Shown here in pieces: positions 58,267-64,000 of a DNA stretch of 64,000 bases (its first letter is position 1; each line of letters opens with the position of its first letter). The stretch covers positions 9,956 to 73,955 of the forward strand of contig JAFXIZ010000072.1 of NCBI GenBank assembly GCA_017532725.1. Direction: 5' to 3'. The notes beneath the pieces were generated by a model. That model was not told where the DNA came from and searched no databases. It saw nothing but the letters and a program-made list of their open reading frames with translations. Origin of the DNA: Bacteroidaceae bacterium (GTDB lineage Bacteria > Bacteroidota > Bacteroidia > Bacteroidales > Barnesiellaceae_A). A program made the translations under genes and the position numbers.

Positions 58267-58478
58267 AATGTAAAATCGAATGGCTACGAAGTCTCAAACG
58301 TGGAGAATCTAAAGTCGGACAGTTCGACTCTCCTAAAGAATGCCATACTCTTTCTACTATTATCGCACGATATAATGTAGAGGAAGGTCGCTACCAGGGA
58401 ATTAAAATATCGGCTGTTTACAACAAGGCCGAAAGTCAAGTAACTATTACAGCGAATAAGATTCCTGTTTGTAAGTAA
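58254..58478 (+). CDS. hypothetical protein
   Basis: 74 aa. 13-nt overlap with the upstream gene suggests translational coupling. Confidence 0.45.
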   Translation: MEKVKCKIEWLRSLKRGESKVGQFDSPKECHTLSTIIARYNVEEGRYQGIKISAVYNKAESQVTITANKIPVCK

Positions 58479-58497
58479 CACTTAAACATTCTAAACT

Positions 58498-58728
58498 ATG
58501 AATATTCTTCGCTCGGCAGACATTAAGGCTATCGCTAAACAGGTAGCTCATGAAATGAACGAATTAAGCGACAAACTGCTTAATGTTCAAAATGTGGCTG
58601 AAATGCTCGGTAAAACTGAGGGTGCTGTTTCTAAGATGTGTCAGCGTGGGCAGTTGCCACACCACAAACACCACGGCGCAATCTATTTCAGCCAAAGAGA
58701 ATTGGAAAACTACCTATTAAATAAATAG
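58498..58728 (+). CDS. excisionase-type helix-turn-helix protein (HTH_17/MerR-like)
   Basis: LLNVQNVAEMLGKTEGAVSKMCQRGQLPHHKHHGAIYFSQRELENYL matches the excisionase-family DNA-binding pattern. Confidence 0.65.
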   Translation: MNILRSADIKAIAKQVAHEMNELSDKLLNVQNVAEMLGKTEGAVSKMCQRGQLPHHKHHGAIYFSQRELENYLLNK

Positions 58729-58767
58729 GTATCAATGTAATAATCTCGTAAATGTGTTTTTCATGGT

Positions 58768-58808
58768 CCATTCGGTTAATCCGTGAGGACAAGCCGAATG
58801 GCTTTTTT
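58768..58808 (+). terminator. intrinsic terminator between the early and replication genes
   Basis: ccattcgg...ccgaatgg stem followed by cttttttaa. Confidence 0.6.
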
Positions 58809-58831
58809 AATCTCTAAAATTTCTATTTCGT

Positions 58832-59074
58832 ATGGACTCAATATTAAACTACCTGCTCGGTAAGAGCAAACGAGTAAGCATCATGTTTGATGCCGAAGTG
58901 TCAAGATGGACGGCTATAATCGGTCTTATCTGTTCTCCGACATTCTTCTTTGCCGGAATATCTGTGGAAAACGAACACGGACTTTTGGTCTATGCACTGC
59001 TATTCTATGGTGCAGCTGTCCTAATGTTCATTCCTTTCTTAATCGAAGTATCTAAAACATCTAAATTTGAATAA
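58832..59074 (+). CDS. small membrane protein (2 TM)
   Basis: Two hydrophobic helices (WTAIIGLICSPTFFFAGI and LLVYALLFYGAAVLMFIPFLI). Confidence 0.45.
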   Translation: MDSILNYLLGKSKRVSIMFDAEVSRWTAIIGLICSPTFFFAGISVENEHGLLVYALLFYGAAVLMFIPFLIEVSKTSKFE

Positions 59075-59276
59075 TATGGAAGAGAGACAAATCGCTTTAG
59101 CTCCTAAACTTTACAAGGAACTCCTAACAGTTGTGTATAACCACAACTTACCTATCAATATCCAAGTGCAAAAGAACGAGGGACGATTGAAAATGCTTAC
59201 CCTCTCTTATGACGAGAGAGATGAAAAGCTTATTGATTGGATAATCGAAAGAGTCGAAAACATTGACTACCTATAA
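59067..59276 (+). CDS. hypothetical protein
   Basis: 69 aa. 8-nt overlap with the upstream ORF; tightly packed with the primase gene. Confidence 0.45.
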   Translation: MNNMEERQIALAPKLYKELLTVVYNHNLPINIQVQKNEGRLKMLTLSYDERDEKLIDWIIERVENIDYL

Positions 59277-59282
59277 ACTGAA

Positions 59283-62105
59283 ATGATAACCGTAGAAAAA
59301 CTTTATGCCGCTACTCATGGTGGACTGGATATTATCCTTTACTACTATCCACAAGCACAAGAGGTAGTCGGCACGAAAAATAAGTTTAGGGCAAGGCCGA
59401 GCGAGAAAACGGCTTCGGCTTGCCTACGGCTATCGGGCGATGTTTGGAAAGTGGTTGACTTCGGCGACGACGGACACGCCATGTCGCCTATCGACATCTG
59501 CATGAAAGAGGAAAACATCACTCACTTCTACGAAGCGGTTCTTCATCTTGCTCGCATTTTCAATGTGCAAGATGAATTGAATCGCTCGATAAACAAGCCT
59601 CGTATCGAAAAACGCCGTGCCAACGCTGATGAGAAAGAGGGAACAAAGGTGTTCTCTTTCCTAAATTCAATTCCGGACGCACACCTAAAGGTGCTGGGCC
59701 CGAAAGTGAAGCGTGAGCATGCTGAAGCTCTTAACTGGCACGAGGCTGAATACATCGGCTATGTTAAGGACGGAGAAGTGACGCTGAAATACTCTACCGA
59801 TGATTATCCTATACTTATGCGTGAATGTCGCACGGAAGACAACAAGGTCTTCTATAAGATATACGAACCACTTAACCCCGAAAAGCAATGGCGTTTCTCT
59901 TACACTCCTGAGGGTGTAAAGCCTAAGAACTTTATCAATGGCTTACGAGAACTGCAAGAATTGTTCGGTAAACTTAACGCCCAAGCCGATGATGAAGAGG
60001 ACGCTCCGGCTCGTGAACAGAAAATCGACGAAGTGATTATTTGTTCAGGAGAGCGTGACGCTCTATGCTGTCGCTCCATGGGCTATCAGCCTATATGGTT
60101 CAACTCTGAAACATACCAGGTTACTGAAGAGGATATAAATCTGCTTTTTCGCTACGCTAAAGTTATTTATAACATTCCCGATATTGATAGCACAGGCGTG
60201 AAGAAAGGCACGGAATTGGCTCTTCGGCACATTGATGTATATACCATTTGGCTACCCGAATGGCTATCTACTTTTCGTGACAATCGTGGCAAACCTCGAA
60301 AGGATCTGCGCGATTGGCAAGAAATGCGTCGTGACATCAATGACTTCCGTGACCTTCTCAAAATGGCTCTCCCTGCCAAGTTTTGGACGGAGACAGTGAA
60401 TGAGAAATCGGGTAAGAAAGAAATAACTATCAGTGCTGTTCGCCTATATTATTTCCTTCAACTCAATGGCTTTAGAACGCTCCGTGATATTAACGCTGCC
60501 AATACTCGCTACATTCAGGTTACTAATAATGTCGTGAAGCAAATCAAGGCGAAAGATGTTCGCCGTTTCGTGCGTGAATGGAGCGAAGAGCGTTGCTTGA
60601 ACGAGAATGTGCGAAATCTCATAGTGAACTCGATGAAGTTTTCTGAAACATCACTTGAAAACTTGAAAGAAGTGGAACTCGATTTCTCTAATTTTACGCA
60701 TAACACACAGCTGTTCTTCTTCCCGAATAACAATGTGGAAGTTACGCCTAAAGAGATTATCGTTCATCAGCGTGGAGATACTGCGTTCAATCACTATGTG
60801 TGGGAAGAGAATGTGCTGAAGCACAATTTTAAGCCATTGCCCGATATGTTCAAGCTAACGTGCTTAGACAAGGAAAATAACCTCTATGATATTGATGTCT
60901 TGGACTGCATGTCAAGCCCAATTTTCGGCTATGTCATCAACACAAGCCGGCTGCACTGGCGTAAGGAAATGGAAGAGCGATTTGAAGACAATCCCGAAGA
61001 GGCAAAAGCCTATGCTGAAAAGCACCGTTTTTGCATCAATGGAGAGGGATTGACTGAAGATGAAATCCGTGAGCAGAAGCAGAATCTTGCCAACAAGATT
61101 TTTGCTATCGGATATATGCTTCATCGCTTCAAATCTCCCTCGCGTGCATGGGCTCCACAAGCTATGGATAACAAAATCGGTGAGAATGGCGAATGTAATG
61201 GTCGCAGTGGTAAGTCGTTCCTTTTCAAAACACTTTCGCTGTTTATGAAATCGGTAAAACTTTCGGGGCGTAATCCTAAACTAATGGATAATCCCCACGT
61301 TTTTGACCAAGTTAATGTGCATACCGATTTTGTACTTGTCGATGACTGCGCTCAATATCTCTCAATGGGGCTGTTCTATGATATTATTACTTCGGATATG
61401 ACTATCAACCCGAAGAATAATCAGTCGTACTCTATTCCGTTTGAGCAAAGCCCAAAGTTTGCGTTTACAACGAACTATGTTCCGGCCGACTTTGACGCTT
61501 CGACGGAAGCTCGCTTGCTCTACATGGTGTTCTCTGACTATTACCACCAGCAGACGGAATCGAACGACTACATAGAAACACGCTCTATTCGTGACGATTT
61601 CAATCGTGACCTCTACACTGCCGACTATCCTGAAAAGGATTGGAATGCCGATATAAATTTCTTACTGCAATGCCTACGCTTCTACTTGTCATTGTGCGAA
61701 AGCAATGTGAAGATTTATCCACCTATGGATAATATCATTCAAAGAAAATATCGTCAAGACCTCGGCAATAACTTCGAGGATTGGGCTGACTCTTACTTCG
61801 CAGAGGGTTCGAGCAACCTTGACAAACTACTGATTCGTCGTGAAGTCTTTGAGACATATCGCAATTATGCGAATGTGAAAGGCCTGACTATGCAGTCATT
61901 CACAAAGAAATTGCGTGCATACTGCTGTTTATGCCCACATATTGCCGAACTAAATCCGACTGATATGTGCAACACACAAAATCGCATATCTCGACGAATT
62001 GAGGGTGTTATGGAAGATATGATTTATGTCAAGGCAGCTCCCAAAAAGGAAGAAGAGCCACCTAAAAAAGATAATAAACTTGTAGATGTTGAACTCCCAT
62101 TTTAA
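59283..62105 (+). CDS. bifunctional primase-helicase (Toprim domain + P-loop NTPase, P4/D5/VirE-like)
   Basis: Toprim Glu (CSGERDAL) and DxD (IPDIDSTG). Walker A GECNGRSGKSFLF and Walker B FVLVDD; 940 aa. Confidence 0.85.
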   Translation: MITVEKLYAATHGGLDIILYYYPQAQEVVGTKNKFRARPSEKTASACLRLSGDVWKVVDFGDDGHAMSPIDICMKEENITHFYEAVLHLARIFNVQDELNRSINKPRIEKRRANADEKEGTKVFSFLNSIPDAHLKVLGPKVKREHAEALNWHEAEYIGYVKDGEVTLKYSTDDYPILMRECRTEDNKVFYKIYEPLNPEKQWRFSYTPEGVKPKNFINGLRELQELFGKLNAQADDEEDAPAREQKIDEVIICSGERDALCCRSMGYQPIWFNSETYQVTEEDINLLFRYAKVIYNIPDIDSTGVKKGTELALRHIDVYTIWLPEWLSTFRDNRGKPRKDLRDWQEMRRDINDFRDLLKMALPAKFWTETVNEKSGKKEITISAVRLYYFLQLNGFRTLRDINAANTRYIQVTNNVVKQIKAKDVRRFVREWSEERCLNENVRNLIVNSMKFSETSLENLKEVELDFSNFTHNTQLFFFPNNNVEVTPKEIIVHQRGDTAFNHYVWEENVLKHNFKPLPDMFKLTCLDKENNLYDIDVLDCMSSPIFGYVINTSRLHWRKEMEERFEDNPEEAKAYAEKHRFCINGEGLTEDEIREQKQNLANKIFAIGYMLHRFKSPSRAWAPQAMDNKIGENGECNGRSGKSFLFKTLSLFMKSVKLSGRNPKLMDNPHVFDQVNVHTDFVLVDDCAQYLSMGLFYDIITSDMTINPKNNQSYSIPFEQSPKFAFTTNYVPADFDASTEARLLYMVFSDYYHQQTESNDYIETRSIRDDFNRDLYTADYPEKDWNADINFLLQCLRFYLSLCESNVKIYPPMDNIIQRKYRQDLGNNFEDWADSYFAEGSSNLDKLLIRREVFETYRNYANVKGLTMQSFTKKLRAYCCLCPHIAELNPTDMCNTQNRISRRIEGVMEDMIYVKAAPKKEEEPPKKDNKLVDVELPF

Positions 62106-62109
62106 AGCT

Positions 62110-62445
62110 ATGAACGAAGAAATGAGAGCTAAACTGCATGCTTTCCGCATGGAAGATTTTAATATCCTCTATCGTGAGAATGAGGAGTTCAAGGAATATG
62201 CTCTTAAGGTGTATGAGTATTGTTGCCGTATGAAAGCCGGCACTTGCATAAACCTTACTCGCTATTCCGGGCAGAAGCTGGACTGGACTCTGCTAACCAT
62301 TGCAGCGTTCTATTGTTCGGGTGCTAACCATATCGAGTATTACATCACTGATGACTATACTCGCTTTGCAAGAAAGGTCTATGATCCTGTGCAGCTGCAA
62401 AAGGACATTGACGCTTATCTTAACTTCAGGAATCAAAAAAAGTAA
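62110..62445 (+). CDS. hypothetical protein
   Basis: 111 aa. The ATG at 62110 lies 5 nt after the primase-helicase stop. Confidence 0.45.
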   Translation: MNEEMRAKLHAFRMEDFNILYRENEEFKEYALKVYEYCCRMKAGTCINLTRYSGQKLDWTLLTIAAFYCSGANHIEYYITDDYTRFARKVYDPVQLQKDIDAYLNFRNQKK

Positions 62446-62557
62446 CATAGTCAGTAAAAAAGTTGGTAAAAGTGTTGAATGGCTTCGTTGTGAAACGCGG
62501 CCATTTTTTGTGGGGCAAGGTTTCGGCTTAATCTTATTATCTTATTTTTGTACTAAT

Positions 62558-62808
62558 ACTTTGTATCTTTGTATCAAATAAGAAAATAAGAATGTAAATA
62601 TCTTATAATAAATAAGATAGATAAGATACAAAAGTGATACTAATCTGATACAAATCACTTGCTTGATTTTTTTGTATCACTCCGTCGCCCCCCTTGTTTC
62701 TTCCGTTTAGTTTTGTATCATACTTTGTTTCAAGTTTGTGTCAAAAATAACGCTCTATTATATAGGACTTTAATACCCCTTTGACACAATGATACAAAGA
62801 TACAAAGT
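62558..62808. repeat. iteron/inverted-repeat region (candidate replication origin or multi-operator)
   Basis: Perfect 19-bp inverted repeat ACTTTGTATCTTTGTATCA (62558-62576) / TGATACAAAGATACAAAGT (62790-62808). Eight TTGTATC/GATACAA copies in total. 49-bp AT-rich stretch at 62576-62624. Confidence 0.7.
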
Positions 62809-62900
62809 TTTTTAACCTTATTACTTGGTAAGGTTCGGGAGTGTTTAAGGCACTCGAAAAGTAGTGTCGCTAACTCTCTATTTTTCTGCCGTTTGTGTCG

Positions 62901-62908
62901 TAACTTTG
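62901..62908 (+). promoter_or_regulatory. -7 box TAACTTTG
   Basis: Exact TAnnTTTG match 22 nt upstream of the ATG at 62930. Confidence 0.5.
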
Positions 62909-62929
62909 TATATAAACATAGTTCTATTT

Positions 62930-63478
62930 ATGAGTAATATTTGCGTTTATCTACAAAACATCGAACCTTATCTTAAGCAATGGTTCATTCACGAACATGG
63001 GGGCGAATACCCGGTGTCACTGGTGCGTGGCTCAGTTGAAAGTTGTATGCTCAAACAATTCATCGAAAAACGGAATCAAGAGGAAGCTGCAAACATCGAC
63101 GAGAGAACGCTGGCGATATATATCCCAACTTTCAAGGATAAAGACCCTCGCACTTACTTCTATCTGCCTGATAGAGCAAAGGTGGCTTTGCACAAATGTA
63201 TCAAAAATCGCTTTGACATACAGATGTGGCAAGACCTACATCAGTTCAGCAATCTCGGTTTGCAGATTGATGATATTATCTATGCGTGGATGGAACAGCA
63301 CGGCATAGAACTATCAGAAATGAATTGGAACGCGATAGCCAAAAGGTATCAGCGTAAAAGAAGAGGATATCTTGACTACGAATTGAAAAAAATTAAACGA
63401 CTTCAGAGCAAAAAAGTTACCAAGTCCGTAATGTCCGTAAATTCCGTAATGTCCGTAAATCAGGACTCCGAAGATTAA
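62930..63478 (+). CDS. hypothetical protein
   Basis: 182 aa starting MSNICVYLQNIEPYLKQWFIHEHGG..., with a basic C-terminal part. Start set after the promoter. Confidence 0.5.
   Translation: MSNICVYLQNIEPYLKQWFIHEHGGEYPVSLVRGSVESCMLKQFIEKRNQEEAANIDERTLAIYIPTFKDKDPRTYFYLPDRAKVALHKCIKNRFDIQMWQDLHQFSNLGLQIDDIIYAWMEQHGIELSEMNWNAIAKRYQRKRRGYLDYELKKIKRLQSKKVTKSVMSVNSVMSVNQDSED
63425..63460 (+). repeat. in-frame 18-bp tandem duplication (4 x 9-bp sub-repeat)
   Basis: tccgtaatgtccgtaaat x2, encoding SVMSVNSVMSVN near the C-terminus of the ORF. Confidence 0.85.
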
Positions 63479-63495
63479 CCTTTTAATTGTTTGCT

Positions 63496-63921
63496 ATGGA
63501 AAACTTCAATCACTCATTACCGGGTATCGCACAAATCGGCTACTGCCTCTGCGAGAATATTCAGCCCAACATCGTTCTCAAACATTCATCGGGCATTCCT
63601 GTCGGCATCTTCACTGAGATTACGCCTGTTCACTTCTTCGGTCAGCCGTCATACGAAGCCGTAGAGGAATACGACAACAATGGGCGTAAGGTGCTTTGCA
63701 CGCTTAAATTTGTATCAAACGACAACATTCCACTTCATAAACACCTCGCTTTCGTAATCACGGACGCGTCGGGAACTTCCGTTATCATCGGCTCTCGTGA
63801 ACGACCGTACCCTGTCGTCAAATCTTCTGCCACAAGTGGCAATCCTTCAGGTGAATCTAATGCCAATACCTACGAAATTAAGTGGTCATCGGTTGGTATG
63901 CCTATTTGTTGTGCCATATAA
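63496..63921 (+). CDS. hypothetical protein
   Basis: 141 aa; ATG at 63496 preferred over the TTG at 63487. No recognisable motif. Confidence 0.45.
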   Translation: MENFNHSLPGIAQIGYCLCENIQPNIVLKHSSGIPVGIFTEITPVHFFGQPSYEAVEEYDNNGRKVLCTLKFVSNDNIPLHKHLAFVITDASGTSVIIGSRERPYPVVKSSATSGNPSGESNANTYEIKWSSVGMPICCAI

Positions 63922-63961
63922 AGCAGTATCACTTTCTTCTTTTTATTCATAGTTCTCTTGT

Positions 63962-63995
63962 GGTCGAGCAGTGATTTCATTGCTTGACCTTTTTT
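63962..63995 (+). terminator. rho-independent terminator
   Basis: ggtcgagca...tgcttgacc followed by a T6 run. Confidence 0.6.
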
Positions 63996-64000
63996 GTTAT

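Larger units (their letters stand above)
56441..64000. mobile_element. integrated phage-like or phage-satellite-like element; left part only, continues beyond the window
   Basis: Gene order is int fragment, CI-type repressor, divergent HTH/excisionase genes, primase-helicase, then iterons. AT-richer than the core and densely packed with small ORFs. Confidence 0.6.

Noticed and set aside
52557-60963. The 192-bp repeat pair as template/variable repeats of a diversity-generating retroelement.
   Set aside because: The 8 mismatches involve all base types (C/A, C/T, T/G, A/T, G/A), not adenine-specific changes. They are mostly synonymous. No reverse transcriptase gene is present.

Overview
Bacteroidales-type chromosomal segment, judged from TAnnTTTG/-33 TTTG promoters, a T9SS-tailed protease and overall gene content. 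No rRNA, tRNA or CRISPR array was found by eye. All coordinates, repeat counts and mismatch counts were made by hand from the printed sequence.

Core (nt 1-52180): tightly packed housekeeping genes. These are gap (partial), an ABC-2 exporter, nspC, a UvrD/PcrA helicase, ALDH, a Zn-ribbon/Nif3 pair, aspS, dnaG, aspA, hemW, an EF-G2-type paralog, an HK/RR pair, dacB, rsmI, a CPBP protease, a DAACS symporter, an acyl-CoA ligase, a TolC-HlyD-MFS efflux operon, ygiQ, relA/spoT, a PgpH-like HD protein, an AddB-like nuclease, menA and endonuclease I.

Oddities in the core:
- A solitary P22/T7-type phage portal homolog (9576-11471) with its own promoter-like sequence. It sits next to a secreted DUF1460 amidase-like gene and has no other phage genes around it.
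- A triplicated 77-bp promoter cassette (20928-21156).
- A duplicated promoter/palindrome cassette flanking ygiQ, with a compensatory change that keeps the palindrome intact.

Accessory island (nt 52181 to the window end): visibly AT-richer and mosaic.
- A 192-bp relic of a second, related primase-helicase gene.
- A T9SS S8 peptidase preceded by a perfect FNR-type box, next to a frameshifted Crp/Fnr gene.
- A truncated tyrosine integrase.
- A phage-satellite-like (PICI-style) or cryptic-prophage module: a CI/LexA-type S24 repressor divergent from small HTH genes, an excisionase-like gene, a Toprim-P-loop primase-helicase, and an iteron/inverted-repeat-rich candidate origin. The module runs off the right edge of the window.
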